Assembly (NCBI GenBank): GCA_964507075.1 | Contig: CAZDOL010000001.1 | Location: 13,040 to 45,039 of the forward strand | Length of the DNA: 32,000 nt | Reading direction: 5' to 3' | DNA from: an uncultured Gammaproteobacteria bacterium | GTDB lineage: Bacteria; Patescibacteriota; Patescibacteriia; UBA2591; UBA6264 | Part shown: in pieces, positions 8,254-16,416 of the stretch | How positions within the stretch are numbered: position 1 is the stretch's first letter | Layout: the number at the start of each line of letters is the position of its first letter | Made by a program: the position numbers and the translations under genes | Notes under the pieces: model-generated | Database searches by the model: none | Told to the model about the DNA's origin: nothing | Seen by the model: only the letters and a program-made list of their open reading frames with translations

Positions 8254-8294
8254 ATTGGAACATTAGAACATTGGAACATTGGAACAAAAAATAT
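8254..8294 (+). repeat. Period-8 array ATTGGAAC/ATTAGAAC x4 plus AAAAAATAT flank
   Basis: Units are ATTGGAAC (8254), ATTAGAAC (8262), ATTGGAAC (8270) and ATTGGAAC (8278), followed by AAAAAATAT (8286-8294). The array lies between CIRCE and the hrcA start. Confidence 0.95.
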
Positions 8295-8318
8295 TCCTGT
8301 TTTATTATAAACAACTAA

Positions 8319-8345
8319 TTAGCAGTCGTCAAGTCTAAGTGCTAA
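8319..8345 (-). promoter_or_regulatory. CIRCE operator (HrcA binding site)
   Basis: TTAGCAGTC-N9-AAGTGCTAA compared with consensus TTAGCACTC-N9-GAGTGCTAA gives 2 mismatches and correct 9-nt spacing. It lies upstream of hrcA and overlaps the murG stop codon. Confidence 0.85.
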
Positions 8346-9411
8346 TATTTTCTAAAATAATTTTGCTAATTTTCTTGCTAGCTTCAATGTTAGCTAATTT
8401 AGAAATGTTTAAACTCAATAATGACCTTTGTTTATTATCTAAAATTAATTCTTTAACTTTAATTAATAGGTTCTGAGAATCTATCTTTTTGCGCCCAAAT
8501 AAAACAATTGCTTTTTTTTCAGCAAAATAATTAGCATTAACTTCCTGATGTGAACCAAAAATAGGAATAATAATAGCAGGTTTTTTAAGAATACTTAATT
8601 CAGTAAGGGCTCCAAGTCCAGCCCGAGAAATAACCAAATCTGCGCGTAAATAAATATTAGCCAAATCTTCTTGTTTTAAAAACTCAATTTGATGATAATT
8701 GTCGTGAATAAATTTTCCTGATTTTTTTTGAGAACCAGTCAAATGAATAACCTGACAAAATTTTATTAAATCAAAAATTATTTCTTCAATAGCTTGATTA
8801 ATTTCTAATGCTCCGGTTCCCCCGCCCATTATCAACAAACAAGGCCAATTAGATTTTAATTCAAATCTATTAATTGCTTTTTCTCTCTCCCCTGTTAAAA
8901 TCTTAGGAGAAACTGGATTACCAGTTAAAATTGTTTTATTCAAGGAAAAACTTTCTAAAGATTTTTCAAAACTAACAGTAATTTTTTTACTAACCTTAGC
9001 CATCAACTTATTGGCCAAACCAGGACGAACATCTTGTTGGTGAATAAAAACTGGCACTCTCAATATCCAAGCCACCCAAGCCAATGGCACGGAAACAAAT
9101 GCTCCTGCTGACAATACAGCTTGCGGTTTAAATTTTGAAATAATAAAAAAAGATTGAATAAATCCTTTTAAAATCAAAAATAAATCTGTCAGATTATATA
9201 GAGAAAAATATCTTCTTAGCTTGCCAGAAGAAATTGATTGGTATTTAATATATGGAAAGGGTTTAATCATGGCTCTTTCGGGAATCCCCTTTTTCGTACC
9301 CACAAATAAAAAATCTGCATCTGGTTTCATCTCTTTAATTTCTTGGGCTATAGCCAACAAAGGACTCACTGAACCACCTGTTCCCCCTCCACTTAAAATT
9401 ATTTTAGTCAT
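8335..9411 (-). CDS. murG: Undecaprenyl-PP-MurNAc-pentapeptide GlcNAc transferase MurG (GT28)
   Basis: 358 aa. The N-terminal glycine-rich loop ILSGGGTGGSVSPLLAIA, the length and the two-domain layout are typical of MurG. Confidence 0.8.
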   Translation of the reverse strand: MTKIILSGGGTGGSVSPLLAIAQEIKEMKPDADFLFVGTKKGIPERAMIKPFPYIKYQSISSGKLRRYFSLYNLTDLFLILKGFIQSFFIISKFKPQAVLSAGAFVSVPLAWVAWILRVPVFIHQQDVRPGLANKLMAKVSKKITVSFEKSLESFSLNKTILTGNPVSPKILTGEREKAINRFELKSNWPCLLIMGGGTGALEINQAIEEIIFDLIKFCQVIHLTGSQKKSGKFIHDNYHQIEFLKQEDLANIYLRADLVISRAGLGALTELSILKKPAIIIPIFGSHQEVNANYFAEKKAIVLFGRKKIDSQNLLIKVKELILDNKQRSLLSLNISKLANIEASKKISKIILENIST

Positions 9412-9435
9412 ATCTTATATTCTATCTTATTTTTC

Positions 9436-9476
9436 AAAAAAGGGAAACGCTCTGAAATTTTTCAGTTCCAGAGCGT
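9436..9476 (-). terminator. Rho-independent terminator after the 79-aa ORF
   Basis: On the minus strand, ACGCTCTG...CAGAGCGT forms an 8-bp stem (9447-9454 / 9469-9476) followed by TTCCCTTTTTT. Confidence 0.6.
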
Positions 9477-9479
9477 GAG

Positions 9480-9719
9480 TTAAAAGTTAAAAGTTGTTTG
9501 AGAATCACTCTCTTTTGCTTTGGGAGAAAAAACTCCACACACTCTTCTCCAAAGCCTGGCCCTTATAGCCTTATACCCTATATAAGAAGAAAGTATTTCG
9601 TGGATTTTGCCATCCTTGCTTTTGACAAAGACGAAATCCAGATGATGGCCAACTAGGGCCTCCACCCTAACAACTTTTCCTTCGTGATTTTTTTGAACTT
9701 TCGTTATTTCAATGTGCAT
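9480..9719 (-). CDS. Small hypothetical protein (79 aa)
   Basis: The ORF is preceded by a strong Shine-Dalgarno sequence (AAGGAGGTG, 5 nt before the ATG) and followed by a terminator. I recognise no family. Confidence 0.6.
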   Translation of the reverse strand: MHIEITKVQKNHEGKVVRVEALVGHHLDFVFVKSKDGKIHEILSSYIGYKAIRARLWRRVCGVFSPKAKESDSQTTFNF

Positions 9720-9760
9720 AGCACCTCCTTGATATTTAAATTATATCACAAAACAACAAA

Positions 9761-10423
9761 ATGTCAATCCAAATATTAACAATTAAAGACAAAAATTATC
9801 CAGAATTATTAAAAAAGATATATGACCCTCCTTCAAAACTTTATGTTTCTGGTGAATTAAAAAAAGAAGAAAAATATCCTTTAGCTATAGTGGGAACTCG
9901 TAGAATTTCTAATTATGGACAACAAACCACACGCCTTTTTGCAGAAGCATTAGCTGAGGCAGGCATAACGATTATCAGTGGCTTGGCACTTGGAGTTGAT
10001 GGATTAGCTCATCGCATTGCTTTAGAAAAAAAAGCGCGCACCATTGCCGTCCTTGGTTCGGGCCTTAATATTATTTACCCTTCTGCTCATCAAAAATTAG
10101 CTCAAGAAATTCTCGTTTCAGGCGGAGCAGTTATAAGCGAATATTCCCCAAATACTAGCCCAACAAAAAAAACTTTTCCTGCTCGCAACCGTATTGTTTC
10201 TGGTCTTAGTTTGGGCGTCTTAGTCATTGAAGCCCCCAGAAAATCAGGAGCTTTAATAACCGCGCGAACAGCCATAGAACAAGGAAGAGAGGTTTTTGTG
10301 GTTCCGGGTCGTATTAATGATCTCAATTCTGAAGGATGCAATTATCTTATTAAAATGGGCGCTCGTTTAGTAACCAACCCAGAAGAAATAATTGAAGTCA
10401 TTACTGAATTACCGAAGCCCTAA
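9761..10423 (+). CDS. dprA: DNA processing protein DprA/Smf (Rossmann-domain-only short form)
   Basis: Contains AIVGTRRISNYG, GLALGVDGLAHR, AVLGSGLNIIYP, FPARNRIVSGLS and VIEA..KSGALITA, the conserved DprA core. Confidence 0.88.
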   Translation: MSIQILTIKDKNYPELLKKIYDPPSKLYVSGELKKEEKYPLAIVGTRRISNYGQQTTRLFAEALAEAGITIISGLALGVDGLAHRIALEKKARTIAVLGSGLNIIYPSAHQKLAQEILVSGGAVISEYSPNTSPTKKTFPARNRIVSGLSLGVLVIEAPRKSGALITARTAIEQGREVFVVPGRINDLNSEGCNYLIKMGARLVTNPEEIIEVITELPKP

Positions 10424-10428
10424 ATGTT

Positions 10429-11424
10429 AAGGGTTGACGAATTTTAAGAAATCAGTAAAACTTGACGTTATTTATACGCAAACGGTGCCTGGCACCGAAG
10501 AACAACCTCTTTAAACCCTTTGTGGCTCAGTGTTTTAAGCCAAAAATTTAAATTTACCCATATATTGGGTAAATAAATAATAAAAAATAAAATAATTATG
10601 CCGAGAAAATTACGAGAATTAATTGATTATCCCAGCAGTCATATTCATATTGTTTGTCGTGGCAATAATCAAAAAAAGATTTTTAGAAAAAAACAGGATT
10701 TTCAAAAATTTTTATCCATTCTTATTGAGGCTAAAAAGCGTTTTCGTTTTTTTATTTTTACCTTATCTTTAATGCCAAATCATTATCATTTGCAAATTCA
10801 ACTAAGAGAAGACACTGTTTCCGATATTATGCATTTTATCAATTTTCGTTACGCTAAATATATTAATCACGTTTACGACTCATCTGGACACCTCTTTCAA
10901 GACAGGTTTTATGCCAGTCACATAAAAGATGAAAATTACTTTATGGAAGTTTCTAGGTATATTCATCGCAACGCAGATAGAGCTCACTTAGTAACTGCGC
11001 CAGAAGATTATTTTTGGAGCAGTTTTGTAATTTATTATCAAAAATGTTATCCTAAAAACAGAAAAAGTATTGTTCTTTCTGAGAAAAAATTATTTCAAAT
11101 TGTTGACGCAGAAGAATTTTTAAATATTTTTTGTGGCAAACAACCACAAAAAAGCGATTTTTGTGATTATGTGCAATTTGTAAAAGAAGAAATTGACGAA
11201 GAAAAAATAAAAAAAATAATTGAACCGAAAATGGAGTAGCACAAACTCGCAAATAAAATTTACCCAATATACGGGTAAATTAGTTATCATGCTCTTATTT
11301 TGTGATTATAAAGCCACATTAGAACACCTAATTTCGGTGCCAGGCACCGATATATAAGGCACCGATATATAAATCAAGGGTTAACTCATCAAGGGTTGAC
11401 GGATTTTAAGAAATCAGTAAAACT
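10429..11424 (+). mobile_element. RAYT/IS200-like unit: 34-bp direct repeats and paired hairpins flanking a Y1 transposase gene
   Basis: The direct repeat AAGGGTTGACG[A/G]ATTTTAAGAAATCAGTAAAACT occurs at 10429-10462 and 11391-11424 with one mismatch. The palindrome CGGTGCCTGGCACCG (10483-10497) matches CGGTGCCAGGCACCG (11335-11349) in inverted orientation. The hairpin TTTACCCAtatatTGGGTAAA (10553-10573) matches TTTACCCaatatacGGGTAAA (11259-11279). A tandem GGCACCGATATATAA x2 lies at 11343-11372. Confidence 0.7.
10598..11239 (+). CDS. HUH-family Y1 tyrosine transposase (IS200-like / REP-associated tyrosine transposase)
   Basis: 213 aa. The HUH motif lies in LMPNHYHLQIQ and the catalytic Tyr motif in SRYIHRNADRAHLV, followed by the YFWSSF block typical of this family. 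Confidence 0.85.
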   Translation: MPRKLRELIDYPSSHIHIVCRGNNQKKIFRKKQDFQKFLSILIEAKKRFRFFIFTLSLMPNHYHLQIQLREDTVSDIMHFINFRYAKYINHVYDSSGHLFQDRFYASHIKDENYFMEVSRYIHRNADRAHLVTAPEDYFWSSFVIYYQKCYPKNRKSIVLSEKKLFQIVDAEEFLNIFCGKQPQKSDFCDYVQFVKEEIDEEKIKKIIEPKME

Positions 11425-11574
11425 CAAGTAATAAAAATTAAATTTTTGCAATAATTAAAATACTAATATTGAAAAAATATCACTTTTTAAAAAAACTGTC
11501 TTAAAATACGCTCTAAGAGTAAGTTTGCAAGGCATAGTAAGTTGGGGTCAGACCCCAAAAATAAGAATAACTTT

Positions 11575-13659
11575 ATGGATTTAATCATTGTTGAATCTCC
11601 AACCAAAGCTAAAACAATTTCCCATTTCTTGGGGAAAAATTTTATTATTGAATCTTGTAACGGTCATGTCCGTGATTTGCCGAAAAGCAAGATAGGGGTT
11701 GATGTTGAGCACAATTTTGAACCGCAATATGTTATCCCTACCAAAAAACGTAAAATAGTTAATCAGCTCAAAAAAATTGCCAAAGACGCCGACAAGATAT
11801 ATTTTGCTAGTGATGAAGATAGAGAAGGAGAGGCCATTGCTTGGCATTTACAACAAATTTTAGAAACAGTCCAAAAAAAGGGTCAAAAAACCTATCGCAT
11901 TAGTTTTCATGAAATTACCGAAGAAGCAATAAAAGAAGCTCTCAAAAATCCCAGGGAAATTAACTTAGATTTAGTAAATGCCCAACAGGCTCGACGCGTT
12001 TTAGACCGTTTAGTTGGATACCAACTTTCGCCCTTGCTCTGGAAAAAAATTTTCAAAGGACTATCTGCCGGCAGAGTTCAATCCCCTACGGTTAAACTAA
12101 TTATGGACAGAGAGAAAGAAATAAAAAAATTTAAACCTCAAGAATATTGGACGATTAGTGCTTTTTTGGGAGACAAAAATAATCCTTTAGAAGCTAATCT
12201 CCGACAAGAAAATGACCATACTTTTACCAAATTTGAAATTAATTCTTCTCAAAAAGCCAAAGAAATATGTCAAAATTTAAAAAAAGCAAAATATAAAATT
12301 ATTAACCTTGCTACTCGCGAAATAAATAAATCTCCCCTGCCCCCTTTCTCTACCAGTAGCCTCCAACAAGAAGCTAATACTAAATTGGGGTTTTCTGTAA
12401 AACAAACTATGTTCATCGCTCAAAAACTTTATGAGGGCATAAATCTGGGAGACAAAAAGATAGTCGGTTTAATCACCTATTTGCGTACTGACTCTCTAAG
12501 CTTAAGCGAAAAATTTTTAGGAGAGAGTCAAAAACTAATAACTGAAAAATATGGACCAGAATGTCTTGAAATTCGCCATTACAAAACAAAATCCAAAACC
12601 AGTCAAGAAGCCCATGAAGCTATTCGCCCTACATCTGTTTTTAGAAAACCAGAAGAAATTAAGTCATATTTAGACGAAAAACAATATAAATTATATAATT
12701 TAATATGGAAAAGAGCTCTTGCCTCTCAAATGAGCAAGGCAATTTTAACCTCAACTTCTTTGGATATCAGTGCATTTAAATATCAACTACGAGCTCGCGG
12801 ATTAAAAATAAAATTTCCGGGATGGTTAAAAATATATCCAGAGAAACAAAAAGAAACTTCCCTTCCAAATTTCAATGTTGGACAAAAATTAGAATTGATT
12901 AAAATTGACTCCCTACAACATTTTACCGAACCTCCCGCCCAATACACTGAGGCCAGTTTAGTAAAAAAATTAGAAGAAATAGGCATTGGTCGGCCTTCCA
13001 CTTATTCTCCTACTATTTCTACTATTCAATCCAGGAATTATGTTTACAAAAAACAAAAAAAATTCCAACCCACAGAAACAGGGCGATTAGTCAATGAATT
13101 GCTGGAGGAACACTTTCCTCAAATAGTAGACTATAACTTTACTGCTCAAATGGAAAACGATTTAGACGAGATAGCTCAAAAGAAAAAAAAATATATTACC
13201 ATTCTTGATAATTTTTACAAACCTTTTAAAAAAAATCTTATGGAAAAAGAAGAACAAATTAGTAAAAAATTCACTGATGAAAAAACTGATGAAAAATGTC
13301 CTAAATGCGGAGAAGAATTGGTGATTAAAACTGGACGTTTTGGAAAATTTTTGGCTTGTTCCGGATTCCCTAAATGCCGATTCACCAAAAACTTAGGAGG
13401 AGGAAATAATAATCAGAATAATAGTGAAAAAACTGGAATCAAATGCCCCAAATGCCAAGAAGGAGAAATCGTCAAAAAAAGAACTCGTAAAGGAAAATTC
13501 TTTTATGGTTGTTCTGGTTGGCCAAAATGTGACTTTGCTCTCTGGGATGAACCAACCGGAGAAAAATGCCCTGAATGTAAAAGCTTAATGGTTAAAGCGG
13601 GAGAAAAAGTAAAATGCAGCAACAAAGAATGTCCCAAAAGTCAATTGAAAAAAGTATAA
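11575..13659 (+). CDS. topA: DNA topoisomerase I
   Basis: TOPRIM domain (LIIVESPTKAKTI, DEDREGEAIAWH), active-site region ITYLRTDS, and three C-terminal C4 zinc fingers. The ATG at 11575 is preferred over the TTG at 11542, whose extension is encoded by a palindrome. Confidence 0.95.
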   Translation: MDLIIVESPTKAKTISHFLGKNFIIESCNGHVRDLPKSKIGVDVEHNFEPQYVIPTKKRKIVNQLKKIAKDADKIYFASDEDREGEAIAWHLQQILETVQKKGQKTYRISFHEITEEAIKEALKNPREINLDLVNAQQARRVLDRLVGYQLSPLLWKKIFKGLSAGRVQSPTVKLIMDREKEIKKFKPQEYWTISAFLGDKNNPLEANLRQENDHTFTKFEINSSQKAKEICQNLKKAKYKIINLATREINKSPLPPFSTSSLQQEANTKLGFSVKQTMFIAQKLYEGINLGDKKIVGLITYLRTDSLSLSEKFLGESQKLITEKYGPECLEIRHYKTKSKTSQEAHEAIRPTSVFRKPEEIKSYLDEKQYKLYNLIWKRALASQMSKAILTSTSLDISAFKYQLRARGLKIKFPGWLKIYPEKQKETSLPNFNVGQKLELIKIDSLQHFTEPPAQYTEASLVKKLEEIGIGRPSTYSPTISTIQSRNYVYKKQKKFQPTETGRLVNELLEEHFPQIVDYNFTAQMENDLDEIAQKKKKYITILDNFYKPFKKNLMEKEEQISKKFTDEKTDEKCPKCGEELVIKTGRFGKFLACSGFPKCRFTKNLGGGNNNQNNSEKTGIKCPKCQEGEIVKKRTRKGKFFYGCSGWPKCDFALWDEPTGEKCPECKSLMVKAGEKVKCSNKECPKSQLKKV

Positions 13660-13676
13660 TAATCTGCTAATATAAT

Positions 13677-13706
13677 GGGGACAGTCCCCATTCGGGGACA
13701 GTCCCC
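13677..13706 (+). other. GC-rich hairpin between topA and tRNA-Leu (possible terminator or processing site)
   Basis: GGGGACAGTCCCC-ATTC-GGGGACAGTCCCC. The two halves pair as 6 bp, an A.A mismatch and 6 bp. No U-run follows, so it is not a canonical intrinsic terminator. Confidence 0.45.
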
Positions 13707-13709
13707 TGG

Positions 13710-13796
13710 GCCGCTGTGGTGGAACTGGTAGACACGTGGCACTCAAAATGCCATGAGCGCAAGCTTGTGTCGGTTCGAGTCCGACCAGCGGCACCA
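13710..13796 (+). tRNA. tRNA-Leu (anticodon CAA), CCA encoded
   Basis: Acceptor stem GCCGCTG/CAGCGGC. D-stem GTG/CAC. Anticodon stem TGGCA/TGCCA with loop CTCAAAA. A long variable arm (GAGC-GCAA-GCTT). T-arm GTCGG-TTCGAGT-CCGAC. Discriminator A followed by CCA. Confidence 0.92.
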
Positions 13797-13809
13797 ATGT
13801 TCATAAAAC

Positions 13810-13842
13810 ATTAGAGCATAAGAACATTGGAACAAAAAATAT
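13810..13842 (+). repeat. Period-8 array ATTAGAGC/ATAAGAAC/ATTGGAAC plus AAAAAATAT flank
   Basis: Three 8-mer units at 13810-13833, then AAAAAATAT. The last 17 nt (ATTGGAACAAAAAATAT) are identical to 8278-8294. GAACATTGG (13822-13830) is also complementary to CCAATGTTC (13794-13802), which overlaps the tRNA 3' end. Confidence 0.9.
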
Positions 13843-13918
13843 GGCAATCAGTAATCTACAATTCTAATTGCTGTAGCAACTTGAATCTACTTTATCTAAT
13901 AATATTTAAAACAAATAT

Positions 13919-14227
13919 ATGGCTAAAAAAGAAATTCACCCTAAATATTATCCTAAAGCAACAATTAATTGCTCCTGTGGGGCAAAATTTGTGGTTGGCT
14001 CTACTAAAGAAAAAATGCAAATTGAAATATGTTCTCAGTGCCATCCCCTTTATACTGGAAAACAAAAATTCATTGATACTGCTGGAAGATTAGAAAGATA
14101 TGAAAAAATAATCAAAAAATCAAAGGACCTCCAAAATTCTAAAACAAAAACCAAAAAGAAAGGAGAAAAAAAGAAAGTTAAAGAAGTCCAAAACGAAAAA
14201 AAAGAAACGAAAAAAAAGAAATCTTAA
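13919..14227 (+). CDS. rpmE: 50S ribosomal protein L31 with a Lys-rich C-terminal tail
   Basis: [11 protein letters not shown]...CSCG...[24 protein letters not shown] is canonical Zn-ribbon L31. About 35 additional K/E-rich residues follow. Confidence 0.92.
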   Translation: MAKKEIHPKYYPKATINCSCGAKFVVGSTKEKMQIEICSQCHPLYTGKQKFIDTAGRLERYEKIIKKSKDLQNSKTKTKKKGEKKKVKEVQNEKKETKKKKS

Positions 14228-14228
14228 T

Positions 14229-15281
14229 ATGGAAAACAATAAAGGAACAAAAAAGGAAATAGAAGAATTAGAAAAACAGCTTCAAAATCCGGATATATAC
14301 AATGATTCCGAAAAATTAAAAGAGATTTCAAAAAAATACAACGAATTGAAAAAATTCTCAAGTAAATTAAACCAATTAGAAGAAATTAACCGCAAGATAT
14401 TTGATACCCAAAAAATGCTTAACAGAGAGTCAAGCCCCGAAATGATTGTAATGATAAAACAAGAAATTGATAAATTAGAGGACCAAAAAACTCAATTCAA
14501 CGAAGAACTTGAAAAAGAGAATGACGGTTTTGGCCAGAAGGAAAAAAATGTTATCATTATGGAAATAAAAGCTGGAACTGGTGGAGACGAAGCCTGCTTA
14601 TTTGCTGCTGATTTATTTAGAATGTACTCTCGGTTTGCGGAAAAAATGAAATGGAAAGCTAAAATAATCTCTTCTCATCCCACTAGCATCAACGGTTTCA
14701 AAGAAGTAATCTTTGAAATTAAAGGAAAAAATGTATATCAATTCTTACAAAACGAAAGCGGAGTCCACAGGGTGCAACGTATTCCTGATACTGAAAAAAG
14801 CGGACGCATTCATACTTCAGCTGCTTCCGTGGTAGTTCTGCCCGAAGCAAAAGAAATAGATATAAAAATTGAAAACAAAGACATCAGAATAGACCACTTC
14901 CGCGCCTCAGGACACGGAGGACAAAATGTCCAAAAAAATGAAACTGCTGTTCGCATTACTCACTTACCAACTAATATAGTAGTTTCTTGTCAGGACGAAA
15001 GAAGCCAAGGACAAAACAAAGAAAGGGCTTTAACTATTTTGCGTTCTCGCTTATTAGCACAAAAAGAAGAGGAAGAAAATAAAAATTTAAAAGAAAAACG
15101 CCAGTCTCATGTTGGAACTGGCGATCGTTCAGAAAAAATTAGAACTTATAATTTTCCGCAAGATAGAGTAACTGACCATAGAATCCATAAATCTTGGCAC
15201 GGTTTAGAACAAATATTAAGCGGAAATATAGAATCTATCATCAAAGACATAGAGAAAGAAAATAAACAAAATAATCAATAA
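14229..15281 (+). CDS. prfA: Peptide chain release factor 1
   Basis: GGQ motif ([22 protein letters not shown]), a PxT-type tripeptide (RIPDTE) followed by [10 protein letters not shown], and no SPF motif. It starts 1 nt after the rpmE stop. Confidence 0.9.
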   Translation: MENNKGTKKEIEELEKQLQNPDIYNDSEKLKEISKKYNELKKFSSKLNQLEEINRKIFDTQKMLNRESSPEMIVMIKQEIDKLEDQKTQFNEELEKENDGFGQKEKNVIIMEIKAGTGGDEACLFAADLFRMYSRFAEKMKWKAKIISSHPTSINGFKEVIFEIKGKNVYQFLQNESGVHRVQRIPDTEKSGRIHTSAASVVVLPEAKEIDIKIENKDIRIDHFRASGHGGQNVQKNETAVRITHLPTNIVVSCQDERSQGQNKERALTILRSRLLAQKEEEENKNLKEKRQSHVGTGDRSEKIRTYNFPQDRVTDHRIHKSWHGLEQILSGNIESIIKDIEKENKQNNQ

Positions 15282-16408
15282 AATATTTTGTGATTGTTTC
15301 CAACAATTTCTATCCAAATAGGCCCGGGTAGAAATTTTATTTTTTCTCCCTGTTGGTCATAAAAAAATGTGCGCTTGGTTGTTTGATTCTTGGTCCATGT
15401 GCCTTTTATAACCTGACCCGCCTGAAACACCAAGGCCTCTCCTTGACCAATTGTTTTTATTTCTCTTCTGCCAACTTCATCCAAAATTTCTATTCCTGTT
15501 TTTTGAATAATCACATTAGGACTTCTGATTTGTCCTTTTTCGTCCACAAAGGACTTATTGTTTTGGTAACGAAAATAAGAATTCATGCTTTGGTCAAACT
15601 GCCAAATAACTGGCTCTTGATAACCAATCTTAATAATAGAAGAACTAATTTCATTTTCTAAAAAAACAAAATTTTCTTTAATTTCCCATTCTAAAAAATT
15701 ATCATTAACATTCGGGGACCAATTCTTTTTTTCTATAGCTTGTTCAATTGATTCGGGCAAAATATACAAATTATGTGGACCCAATCTTTGGGAATCCCGC
15801 CAGAAATAAATACCATCTCCGCTAACCTCATTTAAGTCGTAAAAATCATATAAACCATTTGCAATATTGTTTAACACTTGCGGACTACCCCCAGCATGAA
15901 TAAATAACCCATAATATTCAGTGGCCCAATCAGCAAAATAAGGACGAGCGGAACGCACTGGACCTATCTTTTTCGGCCAAAAATCTTGATTAAAAATGGC
16001 CAATAATCTAGTGATATCCGCCTCTACCGGGGCTTCGTACACAACTAAAGCATCACTAAGGCCGTCCAAAGGCCAAGCCGAAGAAAAGTTATCTATAATA
16101 ATTGCTACCGGAAGTTTTTGGTGCTTAATTATCGCTGGTTGATTATCAAAAAAATCAACTAAATCAACAATACCCTCGTCTTTGTCCTCTGTTTCAGATT
16201 CCGCATAATCCTGATTCTCTTCTAATGGAGAATGAGCGGGCAATGCCAATTTAACACAACCAGTTAAAATAAAAGTAATAATCAAAAAAAATGGGATTAA
16301 TTTAAGTTGTATTTTAGTGTTTTTCATCCCGTTAGAAATTTTCATAATTCTTTTGTAAATATCCCCGTAAAAATCTTGGCGCAATACAGAATTTCTAACG
16401 GGGTTCAT
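15275..16408 (-). CDS. DUF3048-like lipoprotein (YerB-like)
   Basis: The block PVAIIIDN...[23 protein letters not shown]...[10 protein letters not shown] matches my memory of DUF3048. A lipobox (FILTGC) follows a hydrophobic segment. The true start may be an internal Met at 16345 or 16327, because the first 27 codons are encoded by an inverted repeat. Confidence 0.7.
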   Translation of the reverse strand: MNPVRNSVLRQDFYGDIYKRIMKISNGMKNTKIQLKLIPFFLIITFILTGCVKLALPAHSPLEENQDYAESETEDKDEGIVDLVDFFDNQPAIIKHQKLPVAIIIDNFSSAWPLDGLSDALVVYEAPVEADITRLLAIFNQDFWPKKIGPVRSARPYFADWATEYYGLFIHAGGSPQVLNNIANGLYDFYDLNEVSGDGIYFWRDSQRLGPHNLYILPESIEQAIEKKNWSPNVNDNFLEWEIKENFVFLENEISSSIIKIGYQEPVIWQFDQSMNSYFRYQNNKSFVDEKGQIRSPNVIIQKTGIEILDEVGRREIKTIGQGEALVFQAGQVIKGTWTKNQTTKRTFFYDQQGEKIKFLPGPIWIEIVGNNHKIFY

Positions 16409-16416
16409 ATCATCTA

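Noticed and set aside
8346-8400. Sigma-70-type promoter for hrcA upstream of CIRCE
   Set aside because: Only weak candidates are visible (TTAGCA ... TATTAG). I could not find a convincing -35/-10 pair with proper spacing, and promoter consensus in this lineage is uncertain.
9720-9760. Strand-switch point (divergent genes) as a possible replication origin
   Set aside because: The intergenic space is only 41 bp. There is no DnaA-box cluster (TTATCCACA-like words) and no dnaA or dnaN nearby. The TTATCCCCACA at about 4056 is a single imperfect match inside the structured element.
11542-11574. TTG-initiated 11-codon extension of topA, and the analogous 12-codon extension of hrcA (8244-8279)
   Set aside because: Both extensions are encoded by palindrome or repeat DNA. 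Each is followed by an ATG that aligns with the conserved N-terminus of its family (MDLIIVESPTKA for TopA, MTKRQEEIF for HrcA).
13585-13797. 70-aa minus-strand ORF
   Set aside because: It is the reverse complement of the topA 3' end, the GC-rich hairpin and tRNA-Leu. The tRNA cloverleaf explains the sequence completely.
13827-14093. 88-aa plus-strand ORF overlapping rpmE
   Set aside because: It is out of frame with the canonical L31 ORF, starts inside the 8-mer repeat and has a nonsense-like composition.
1511-15277. Alternative genetic code (UGA recoding, as in some CPR lineages), considered because only RF1 is visible
   Set aside because: TGA serves as the stop codon of the flippase gene (1511-1513) and the DUF3048 gene (15275-15277). 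All conserved genes read through intact under the standard code. Absence of prfB from one 32-kb window carries no information.
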